In this document: positions 36,885-45,278 of the stretch, in pieces | Position numbering within the stretch: the first letter of the stretch is position 1 | How the letters are laid out: every line of letters begins with the position of its first letter | Assembly: GCA_964534185.1 (NCBI GenBank) | Contig: CAZHOH010000007.1 | Location: forward strand, 1-60,036 | Source of the DNA: Candidatus Woesearchaeota archaeon | GTDB taxonomy: Archaea; Nanobdellota; Nanobdellia; Pacearchaeales; GW2011-AR1 | Length of the DNA stretch: 60,036 bases | Direction of reading: 5' to 3' | The notes under the pieces: generated by a model | Seen by the model: only the letters and a program-made list of their open reading frames with translations | What the model was told of the DNA's origin: nothing | The model's database searches: none | Translations under genes and position numbers: made by a program

Positions 36885-38532
36885 TTATTTCATAAACAAA
36901 AACATCTTGGAAAAGTCCGTGTAATTTGAAGCCAATATTTTCATAATTTATCTGCTGAGGTAAATTTTGTTGTCCTGATGTGAAATCGACTTTGGAGTTG
37001 GTGAAAGGTATTTCCCATGATGCGAAAGTTATTTGTCCTGAACTTGTTTGAGCATACTCTACTTTTTTCATCCATTCTGGATGGTTGGGTTCTGAAAATG
37101 AAACTAAAATAAACCTTGCTTCTGGATTTTGTTCTAATTTTGAAAGGAATTCTTCAAATGAGACATCTTCACTCTCTTCTTCTCCTGTTAACATCGCTAA
37201 ATTTATTACTTTTCTTTCTGAATAATATGCAGGTTGTGGCAAAGGTATTGAAATAATTATATCATTAGGATTTGAGTTTTCTTTAAGATAAAGTCCTGCT
37301 TGCCTTATGCCTTCAAAAGAGGGTGCCTTTGATTTGATTATTGTGTCTGCATGTTGGACTTGGTAGTACCCTCCTATGCCCATTAGTAAAACTATTGCAA
37401 TTATTGGAAGTGTCTTGTGATGTTTTTTGAAAAAATCTGCAATAAAGAGTGTTGATTTTGAGATACAGATAAATGCCCCAAATAGGAGGGGAAAATACCA
37501 TCTTGGTTCTCCAAAGCTATCAATTCTCATTTGATAGAATAAGAAATAGGAAAGAACTAAAATTATAGAGATTACTGAAAATAAATCTGCTTTTAGTTTC
37601 TGGGATTTCTTTATGTGTCCGAAGGACATTATGAGCGTCCCAGCCATTATTAAAAGCCCAAGGTAAAATAAAATAAATAAGGGGCTTGAGAAGTAATTTC
37701 CTGTTAAGAAATATGCTTCAAAAACATCGAATGGAAGGAAAGTAAATTCTGCGGCTCTTCTGTAAGTTCCTGCAACACTAGTTATAGGGTTTGTGAATAG
37801 GAAAGTTTCGAAGAGTAAAAGCAAAATCCCTGAAATTCCTAAAGCTATCCAGTTGCATTTGTCTTTAATTAAAGATTTGAAATCTTTTGATATTAACATG
37901 TAAACTAAAAAGATTGCTCCGAAAAGGAAATAGCCACGACGAGTTGCATAAGCTAGAATTGAGAGTGCTGCAGCTATCGGAACTGCCCACTGAGGATTTA
38001 TTTTATTGAATATTTTTTGTTTGTTTTCATAGCCTTGCCAGAAGATGAAAATGGCGAGAAAGCCGAGGAAAAGTCCGGGAATTCCTAAGTGAAATCTAAA
38101 TGTGTTGAATAATATTGGCCAGAATACTGCTATAATAAATGAAGAGATTAGGGCTATTCTTTTATCATTATACATTTGGGTGCAAAGATAATATGTCAAT
38201 AAAATTAGAAATATTGAAGGGATTACTTCTAAAACGAATTTTATTGTTGGTTCTGATATGCCTAATCTGAAAAACCAGCTTACAATAAATGGGAATATGG
38301 AGTTGTGTTGGGGGGTTATTATCCAATCCACAGGCAGTCCTGCGAGATTTTTTGCATAAGCCATGTAGTCTGCTTCATCCCACCAAAGTGGTTGGGTTTT
38401 TGTGATTGTGAAATAATATATCCTGATGGCAATTGCAAATAAAAATATTCCTAAAAAAGAGAGATTGTATTTATTAGAAAGCCAGTTTTTTATTTTCTCT
38501 TTTTTTTGTTCTAATTCTTTTTGTTCATCCAT
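36829..38532 (-). CDS. GT-C fold glycosyltransferase (PMT/GT39/ArnT-like)
   Basis: LWWDEADY loop after TM1, about 11 TM helices, EPRWY, soluble C-terminal domain. Confidence 0.88.
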   Translation of the reverse strand: MDEQKELEQKKEKIKNWLSNKYNLSFLGIFLFAIAIRIYYFTITKTQPLWWDEADYMAYAKNLAGLPVDWIITPQHNSIFPFIVSWFFRLGISEPTIKFVLEVIPSIFLILLTYYLCTQMYNDKRIALISSFIIAVFWPILFNTFRFHLGIPGLFLGFLAIFIFWQGYENKQKIFNKINPQWAVPIAAALSILAYATRRGYFLFGAIFLVYMLISKDFKSLIKDKCNWIALGISGILLLLFETFLFTNPITSVAGTYRRAAEFTFLPFDVFEAYFLTGNYFSSPLFILFYLGLLIMAGTLIMSFGHIKKSQKLKADLFSVISIILVLSYFLFYQMRIDSFGEPRWYFPLLFGAFICISKSTLFIADFFKKHHKTLPIIAIVLLMGIGGYYQVQHADTIIKSKAPSFEGIRQAGLYLKENSNPNDIIISIPLPQPAYYSERKVINLAMLTGEEESEDVSFEEFLSKLEQNPEARFILVSFSEPNHPEWMKKVEYAQTSSGQITFASWEIPFTNSKVDFTSGQQNLPQQINYENIGFKLHGLFQDVFVYEIIRNPAQEQNTTLSNNNLS

Positions 38533-38559
38533 TTTTTTGAAAAGGATTTAGGGTTTTTA

Positions 38560-39423
38560 TTATTTTGTGCTTTCGACGCGTTGCCAAACTTTATTAAATT
38601 CTCTTTTCCATAACCTTATATCTAAAAATACCCTTAACCAGATATAAATTTTGAGGACTATAAGAAGGATAAAATAGAATAAGTGTCTGAAAGATTTTAA
38701 TTCATAAGTTGATTTTAAAGCTGCATAAAATTCTTCTTTAAAAGAATTGAGCTTGGATATTTTAAAATATTGGTTTAACTGATAAAGTCTTGAAGCTGTT
38801 CGCTTTTTTTGTCGTATCCAATCTGGGAGGTTTGTTGGATATTTAACATAAACTTCTGCATTTGGTTCATAAATTGTTTTAAAACCTTGTGAGATAATCT
38901 TTAAAGATATGAAAGCGTCATCGGCTAAAATTTCTTCAGGAATTTTTTGGAACAACTCTTTTTTTATTGCATAACAATATCCTGAGCAAATTATGTTCTT
39001 GTTATTTTTTGATTGGTTTAATCTTAGACTATGAAAACCCTGTGAAAGGATATATGCCCAAAATCCAAATAGGCTATTTTTTGAATTTGTGGGAATTACT
39101 TTTGCTGAGACTGCACCTATTTTTTTATTTTTGAAGTGTTTGGTTAATTCTTTTATTGAATTTTCTGAGGTGAAAACATCTCCATCTGATAAAATAATAA
39201 TTTCTCCTTTTGTTTTAGGTATTGTATTATTTAACGCAGAGGGTTTTCCTTTTCCTGAATCTTTTATTGTTTTTATTTTATATTTTTTTGCTTGATTTAA
39301 TGTTTCTTTATCTGGTGCAGAAACTATAATCTCAAAGTTTTTTGGTTTTTGATTTAGAAAGGAGTTTATTGCTTTTCCAATAGTTTTTGGTTCTTTAAAA
39401 GATGTAATGACAATTGATATCAT
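38560..39423 (-). CDS. Glycosyltransferase family 2
   Basis: ITSFKEP, GKPSALN, SDGD, ADD, QKKR; alternative start at 39435. Confidence 0.9.
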   Translation of the reverse strand: MISIVITSFKEPKTIGKAINSFLNQKPKNFEIIVSAPDKETLNQAKKYKIKTIKDSGKGKPSALNNTIPKTKGEIIILSDGDVFTSENSIKELTKHFKNKKIGAVSAKVIPTNSKNSLFGFWAYILSQGFHSLRLNQSKNNKNIICSGYCYAIKKELFQKIPEEILADDAFISLKIISQGFKTIYEPNAEVYVKYPTNLPDWIRQKKRTASRLYQLNQYFKISKLNSFKEEFYAALKSTYELKSFRHLFYFILLIVLKIYIWLRVFLDIRLWKREFNKVWQRVESTK

Positions 39424-39424
39424 T

Positions 39425-40399
39425 TTATAAGGCATTTATCACTTCTTCAGGAGATATTGATTTTGTGAGTTCTTCATTGTATTGATCCATTTTTTCTGGG
39501 AAAAATTCCTGTAATTTTGAAGAGGTTATTTTTTTTAATAAATTATAAGATTCAATTTCATTTGGAGATGTGCAAAAAAAGAGTCCGATTGTTGGTTTTT
39601 TCAAAGCTAAAGCAATATGGAGTGCAAGAGTATCTGCGCAGACTATTTTGTCGCATGAATTAATTAAAGCTGAGAAAGTTTTAACAGAGTTGGCTGTATT
39701 TTTTGCATAAATTCGTGTTCCTTGCTGATTTAATTCTTTTTCTAAAGTTTGTATTGATTCAATTTCTTCTGGGCCGCCTAACAGAATTATTTCATAACCT
39801 TTTTCTTTAGATTTTGAAATGAACTCTTTAATATTTTCTTTGTGCCAGGCTTTTGAGGGCCATGTTTTTGAAGAACCAATATTCACTCCTAAAATTTTTT
39901 TGTTTTCTAAATTATTTTGTTTTAAGAAATTTTCTATATCTTTTTTATGTTGTTCAGATATTTGGATTATTGGCTCCTGTTTTTTATATGGTAAATTACA
40001 GATTTTAAAAATCATTTCCTGATATGTTTTCGTATTTGATCTCTTTAATTCATCATCAAAAACAGTGTTTAGATAATATTCTGCTTCAGGATTGAAGGGT
40101 GCCGGGAAGCCGTCAAAATCATAGTATCCCAATTTTTCTTTTGCATTTACTTGGTTGGCTAGACTTGTTCCTTTTTCATCTATTTCTAAACTATAAAGGA
40201 TATCGAACTGTTCTTGAGGAATTTCTGATGAGAAAGCTATTTTATCAATCTTGGGGTTTTGTTCTAAGATTTCCCTGCTTGCAGGCTTTGTTATCCAAGT
40301 TATTTCTGATTCTGGGAATTTTTCTTTTATTGCGTGAAGAATTGGAGTGGTTCTGACTACATCTCCTAAAGCTCCTAGTTTGATTATGCAGATTTTCAT
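39425..40399 (-). CDS. Glycosyltransferase family 9 (ADP-heptose:LPS heptosyltransferase-like)
   Basis: IIKLGALGDVVRTTP, KAW, GGPEE, DTLALHIA.AL.KPTIGLF. Confidence 0.9.
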   Translation of the reverse strand: MKICIIKLGALGDVVRTTPILHAIKEKFPESEITWITKPASREILEQNPKIDKIAFSSEIPQEQFDILYSLEIDEKGTSLANQVNAKEKLGYYDFDGFPAPFNPEAEYYLNTVFDDELKRSNTKTYQEMIFKICNLPYKKQEPIIQISEQHKKDIENFLKQNNLENKKILGVNIGSSKTWPSKAWHKENIKEFISKSKEKGYEIILLGGPEEIESIQTLEKELNQQGTRIYAKNTANSVKTFSALINSCDKIVCADTLALHIALALKKPTIGLFFCTSPNEIESYNLLKKITSSKLQEFFPEKMDQYNEELTKSISPEEVINAL

Positions 40400-40432
40400 A
40401 AAATTTAAAACCTTGAAGGTTATTTAAAAATT

Positions 40433-40837
40433 ATGAAAGTGTATATTGCTGGTAAAATTGGCACAAAGTATGAGTTAAAGCAGCTTGAATATATTGACAA
40501 ATTATGTAAAGATTTGGGGTTTAAAACTTTTCTTCCCCATAGGGATGTTGGTTTTGCTAAAGGAATTGGAGATGTTAAAAGGATTTTTGAAGGAGATATT
40601 AAAAAGGGTTTTGAAGAAGTTGATATGGTTATCGCGCTTTTGGATGGACTGCATGTGGGGGCAGGGACTGCTTGGGAGTTAGGATATGCATATGCTAGAG
40701 GAATTCCAAGAATAGGTTTAAAGACTGATGAAAGTATTGGGGAGGCATTAGAGAGTTTAAGCGCAATTTTAATTGGTTCTATGAAAATCTGTGGTTCTTT
40801 AGAGGAGTTGGAAGAGGAGTTGAAAAAATTAGTCTAA
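40433..40837 (+). CDS. Nucleoside 2-deoxyribosyltransferase / N-glycosidase family protein
   Basis: VYIAG, FLPH, IFEGD, GTAWELGYAYA (catalytic Glu position). Confidence 0.88.
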   Translation: MKVYIAGKIGTKYELKQLEYIDKLCKDLGFKTFLPHRDVGFAKGIGDVKRIFEGDIKKGFEEVDMVIALLDGLHVGAGTAWELGYAYARGIPRIGLKTDESIGEALESLSAILIGSMKICGSLEELEEELKKLV

Positions 40838-41734
40838 AGTTTTGGTTGAGTTAATTTCTGTTTCTCTCCAACCATCTTTATAAGCCTTTTTTTGTCTTAA
40901 ATCTTTAAATGCTTTTAAGTAAATGTAAAGTCTTGCTGGAAATAATTCTAAAGTCCATAATAATTCTCTTGGGTTTTTCCATTGGGTTAATGCAAAAAAT
41001 GTTCCGAATTTTATTTCATTAAATAAAGATTTTGTTCTTGGCATGTTTGGAGCTATTTTAGTTAGATTTTCGTGGGCTTTTATATTTCGAGTTCTTTGAT
41101 TTATCCAGTCTTTCCAGTTATCTGGGTTTTTTACATAAACCTCTGCTTTATCTGCATAGGCGATTTTATATCCTTTTTTCCAGAATAAATAAGGAATAAT
41201 ACTATCTTCTGAAGTTTCAATTGGAAACTCAGTTATTATGCTGTTTCTTATTGCAAAAAGGTATCCGGAACATTCGAAGAATTTGTTTTCTTCTGATAAT
41301 TTTTTTCTTACTTTGTCTACACCCTTAAACGCGACTTTTGCCCAAAACCCATATTTTGTATTTTCTGAATCTATTGAGACTGGTTTGCCTGTAACACAAC
41401 CTATTTTTGGGTTTTGGAATTTTTTTGTAATTTCTTCCAAAGCATTTTGAGAAACAAAAACATCCCCATCTGATAAAATAAAAAAGTCTTCTTTATTATC
41501 TGACCAAAGTTCTTGAAATAGGATATTGAGTGCATAAGCTTTTCCTTCTCCAGGATCTAAAAAGAATTCTACTCTTTTATCTTTTATTAATTTTTTAATT
41601 TGTGTTTCTACTTCTGGAAATGGGTCGACTATTGTTATTTTTATTTGGCTGTTTTCTGCTTGATTTAAAAAAGTTGTAACTGCCCTTATTGTTGAGTTTG
41701 GCTCGTTGTAAGAAGTAATTATAACATTAATCAT
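40829..41734 (-). CDS. Glycosyltransferase family 2
   Basis: ITSYNEP, GKAYALN, SDGD, SED, QRTR. Confidence 0.9.
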   Translation of the reverse strand: MINVIITSYNEPNSTIRAVTTFLNQAENSQIKITIVDPFPEVETQIKKLIKDKRVEFFLDPGEGKAYALNILFQELWSDNKEDFFILSDGDVFVSQNALEEITKKFQNPKIGCVTGKPVSIDSENTKYGFWAKVAFKGVDKVRKKLSEENKFFECSGYLFAIRNSIITEFPIETSEDSIIPYLFWKKGYKIAYADKAEVYVKNPDNWKDWINQRTRNIKAHENLTKIAPNMPRTKSLFNEIKFGTFFALTQWKNPRELLWTLELFPARLYIYLKAFKDLRQKKAYKDGWRETEINSTKTLD

Positions 41735-41922
41735 TTTAATTCAAAAGGATAATCTGCAGGGCGGATTATTACCATTGTTTGTCCTTGATTTTCTAGTTCT
41801 AAACGGCATTTGCTTGAACCTTGTTTTCCAATATTTGAAATTTCTATTTCTTTGATTGTCCAGGTTTTTCCCATAAGTAAGACTTTGTCGCCTTTTTTAA
41901 GTTCTTTTGCTCTTTTCTTCAT
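41731..41922 (-). CDS. Stand-alone aIF-5A/EF-P N-terminal (KOW/SH3) domain paralog, 63 aa
   Basis: 17/60 identities by hand alignment to the aIF-5A at 2020-2409; SNIGKQGSSK versus SKTGKHGHAK; ATGA overlap with the downstream GT2. Confidence 0.8.
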   Translation of the reverse strand: MKKRAKELKKGDKVLLMGKTWTIKEIEISNIGKQGSSKCRLELENQGQTMVIIRPADYPFELK

Positions 41923-41943
41923 ATTATTTATTTGGGTGAAAGA

Positions 41944-41951
41944 CTTATAAA
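41944..41951. promoter_or_regulatory. Bidirectional TATA box (CTTATAAA / TTTATAAG) shared by the mini-aIF-5A gene and queC
   Basis: Exactly 22 nt from each divergent ATG (41922 and 41973). Confidence 0.68.
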
Positions 41952-41972
41952 TTTAATTATGCTGGCTGAAAA

Positions 41973-42668
41973 ATGAATAATGGGATAATTTTATGTTCTG
42001 GTGGCTTGGATAGTGTAACTACTGCTTTTTATGTGAAAAAGAAACTTGGTTTTGATAAAATTATTATTTTGTTTCTTAATTATGGGCAGAGAAATCTGAA
42101 TGCTGAAAGAAAATGTTCTCGAAAATGTGCTAAAAATTTGAGTGCTGAATTTAAAGAGATAGATTTATCGGAATTGGGAAAAATTTCTACTTCAATGCTT
42201 AATAGTTCTGAAAAAGCTACAAAGATAAAGGATGATTTGAAAGATACAAAAAAAGAATCGGGTAAATGGTATGTTCCTTTTAGAAATACGATTTTTTTGG
42301 CTTATGCTTTGGCTTATGCTGAGTCTTTCTATGTTAAAAGGGGAGAGATTTACGAGTTATTTGTGGGTTTTAAGAGTGAAGGAAAAGAGGCTTATCCTGA
42401 TACGACTCCTGAATTTGTGGAAGTTATGAATAAGATGCAAGAGGTGGCTGGCGGAGGGAAATTTAAGATAAATGCACCTTTGATTAAAATGGATAAAGAG
42501 GACATTGTAAATCTTGGGAATAAACTCGGGATTAATTTTAAGGAAACTTTTAGTTGTTATGTGAGCCCGGATGAGAAACATTGCGGAACTTGTTTGTCAT
42601 GTAGATTAAGGCAAGCAGGATTTTATTGGGCAGACGTTGAAGATGTGACAGAATATAAATCAGAATAA
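41973..42668 (+). CDS. queC: 7-cyano-7-deazaguanine synthase QueC family protein
   Basis: PP-loop SGGLDS, NYGQR, VPFRN, YPD, Zn site SCY..HCGTCLSC. Confidence 0.92.
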   Translation: MNNGIILCSGGLDSVTTAFYVKKKLGFDKIIILFLNYGQRNLNAERKCSRKCAKNLSAEFKEIDLSELGKISTSMLNSSEKATKIKDDLKDTKKESGKWYVPFRNTIFLAYALAYAESFYVKRGEIYELFVGFKSEGKEAYPDTTPEFVEVMNKMQEVAGGGKFKINAPLIKMDKEDIVNLGNKLGINFKETFSCYVSPDEKHCGTCLSCRLRQAGFYWADVEDVTEYKSE

Positions 42669-43754
42669 ATCCTCTAATTTCTTAATTAATTTGTCCCAAT
42701 TGAATTTTTCAACTGATTTTTTGGCTTGTATTTTTATTGATTCATTGTTTTGATTTATGGCCTTAGTTACTTTAGAAATTAATTGTTGTGTATTATGTGT
42801 TTCAAATAAAAGTCCATTTTTTCCATCCTGGATTAAATCAGCGTTGCCTTGATTGTTACTTGCAATTACAATTTTTCCTCTTGCCATTGCTTCTATTAAA
42901 GATTGAGGCATGCCTTCACTTAGACTTGGAAGAATGAAAATCTTGCAAGAGTCTAATTTTTTTATTTTTTCAGATATCTTGTAAATTGGCTCTGAGAAGG
43001 TAATTCTTTTTTCTAGATTTAATTTTTTTATTAGTTTGATTAATTCTTGATAATAATCTTGCTCTTTTGGGCCAACTATTTCAAATTCAATTTTTGGAAT
43101 TTGCTTAAGGGCATTTATTGGCGTTTTTAAGTTCTTTATTGGGCTTATTCTTCCTAAGAATAAAAGCTTATTCTCTTCTTTTTGAATTTTCTTAGTTGTA
43201 AAAAATTCTCTTGGAATTCCGTTAGGAATATACACTATTTTGTCTTTTTTAACTCCTAATTTTTGCAAATATGGGACCTCCCAATTTGTTATTGTTATTA
43301 TTTTGTTGAATTTTCTAAGTGTTCTTTTTCCTATTAAAATATCGTAAGTTTTGACTATTAAATTATTAATTAAACCTCTCTGCCTGTTGAAAGGAGCGTG
43401 AGTTACAAGAAAAACTTTTGTATTTAGTTTTTTTGCTAATTTTAGGGCTTTGGTGGTATGGGGGTGGCGGTAAGAGTGTGCAATTATTATGTCAGGGCTA
43501 AATTCTAAAGCTGACTTTTCAAAATCCCAGAACATAAAACTTTCTCCGCCAAGTTTTTTGAAAGGAAATCTTTTTATTTTTACGTCCTTAATTGTTTCTT
43601 CTGAAGGAGCTGTTTTGTCTGAACCTTTGATGGCATTTGATGAGAGGATTAAAATTTCATGTCCGTTCTTTGACAATTCTAGAGATTCTTGTTTGACTCT
43701 TTGGAAAACTCCACAAATTCCTGCTGAATAGTTTGTAAGTTCTAGTATTTTCAT
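42660..43754 (-). CDS. Glycosyltransferase family 4
   Basis: IPNGI, LGRISPIKN, SEGMPQSLIEAM. Confidence 0.93.
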   Translation of the reverse strand: MKILELTNYSAGICGVFQRVKQESLELSKNGHEILILSSNAIKGSDKTAPSEETIKDVKIKRFPFKKLGGESFMFWDFEKSALEFSPDIIIAHSYRHPHTTKALKLAKKLNTKVFLVTHAPFNRQRGLINNLIVKTYDILIGKRTLRKFNKIITITNWEVPYLQKLGVKKDKIVYIPNGIPREFFTTKKIQKEENKLLFLGRISPIKNLKTPINALKQIPKIEFEIVGPKEQDYYQELIKLIKKLNLEKRITFSEPIYKISEKIKKLDSCKIFILPSLSEGMPQSLIEAMARGKIVIASNNQGNADLIQDGKNGLLFETHNTQQLISKVTKAINQNNESIKIQAKKSVEKFNWDKLIKKLEDLF

Positions 43755-44551
43755 TTTTCTGCAATTGCATATATTGAATTTGCCAAGATATGTGCTTTTT
43801 TGTATTTATTTAGTAAAACATCTGTGTATTTAATTGGAAAAGTTAGCCAGCCAAAAAAGTTTAGAAAAAATGAGAAAAGAAAATTGTTGTTAAATGAAAA
43901 TAAGATTGCCAAATAGTATCTTAATGATTGACTTAAAGTTGAGCCTGGACCTGATAAAATCTCAAGTTTTTTGATTTTAAAACCTGCTAGCCTTAACCTT
44001 GATTCAATCCCTCTTATTGTCATCCTGTTAAAGTCATTAGGGGAGCCATGGAAAATATATACGAATGGTATGGAAATAAATATTTTTCCCTTTTTTTTTA
44101 AAACCCTGTATGATTCATTGATTACTTTTTCAGGTTCATCAATGTGTTCTAAAACGCTTTCTAAAAGAACTAAATTAAAAGAGTTGTCTTTGAAAGGAAG
44201 GTTTTTTGCATCTGCAAGAATATCAACCCCTTTTATAAGTCTAACATCTAAATTTATAGTATTTGGATAATTTATATTTCCAGCACCGATGTTTAGAGAA
44301 AGATTACTTTCTGAGATTAATTTGTTTTTTAAGGGAATTTTTGGAGTATATTCAAAACCTGGAGGACCAATTAGATAATGTATGTCTTTAATTTTTTTAA
44401 AATTGGTTGATTTACTTAGCTTTTCTCTAAAAGACTCTTTAGAAGTATTTTCTTCTAGAGGGTTTGAATTTAGAAAAGAGGGGATATTGTTAATTAATGG
44501 ATAATCTTTATTTTTTTTGAAATCGATTATTTTTTTAATTGTTGGTTTCAT
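43751..44551 (-). CDS. SAM-dependent methyltransferase
   Basis: LNIGAG, LPFKDNSF, VLEH, HGSPNDF.R. Confidence 0.9.
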   Translation of the reverse strand: MKPTIKKIIDFKKNKDYPLINNIPSFLNSNPLEENTSKESFREKLSKSTNFKKIKDIHYLIGPPGFEYTPKIPLKNKLISESNLSLNIGAGNINYPNTINLDVRLIKGVDILADAKNLPFKDNSFNLVLLESVLEHIDEPEKVINESYRVLKKKGKIFISIPFVYIFHGSPNDFNRMTIRGIESRLRLAGFKIKKLEILSGPGSTLSQSLRYYLAILFSFNNNFLFSFFLNFFGWLTFPIKYTDVLLNKYKKAHILANSIYAIAEK

Positions 44552-45278
44552 TTTTCATTATGTAATCTAACTTTTTTATAAATTTTGTATGTGGGAACCA
44601 CTTATCAATTTTACTGTTTTTTAATCCTATGAAATCCCAGGAATGTGCATAAAAGACTGGTTTTTTGGAAATGAGTTTTAATGATTTGAAATAAAAATAT
44701 AGAAGCCATTTTGGAAAGATTCTTACAATTAAAGAAACTGGAGGTAAGATTAATGAAACTACTGGAATTTCCTGTAGGTTATTTATTTTATGTGGGAAAG
44801 GTTTTGAGAAAAAAAGATAGAACGCACTTTTTGGCCTTTTTGGAAAAAATATGAATTGGAGAAAGTTTAGTGGAGTGAATGAAGAGTCATATTCAAAACC
44901 GTACTTTTGGAGAAGTTGAATCGTTTCTTTATCTATAGAGTGTTGTGGTGCTCTGAAACCTTTAGGGGTTATTTTTAAATATTTTTTGAATTCCTTGATT
45001 GATTTTTGTATTTCTTGTTCTTTTTCTTCATATGAGAAATCATCGAATCTTTTGTGAGAGTATCCATGGAGCGCTAATTCCCAACCTTTTTTGCTGAAAT
45101 GCTTGTAAATGTTTTTGTTTTCTTTTATAGTTGAAGATACAATGAAGAGTATAGGCTTTATCTTATGTTTATCACAAAGTTTTTCAAACTCTTTTAAACC
45201 TTTTTTTATCCCAAGATTTTTGTTTGTATGTAAATCTGGTTCTACATCTATTGTAAAGAGGATTTTATTAGGGCTCAT
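44535..45278 (-). CDS. Polysaccharide deacetylase (NodB/CE4)
   Basis: FTIDVE, HGYSH, GFRAP, YDSS, HSWD. Confidence 0.92.
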   Translation of the reverse strand: MSPNKILFTIDVEPDLHTNKNLGIKKGLKEFEKLCDKHKIKPILFIVSSTIKENKNIYKHFSKKGWELALHGYSHKRFDDFSYEEKEQEIQKSIKEFKKYLKITPKGFRAPQHSIDKETIQLLQKYGFEYDSSFTPLNFLQFIFFPKRPKSAFYLFFSKPFPHKINNLQEIPVVSLILPPVSLIVRIFPKWLLYFYFKSLKLISKKPVFYAHSWDFIGLKNSKIDKWFPHTKFIKKLDYIMKNETNN

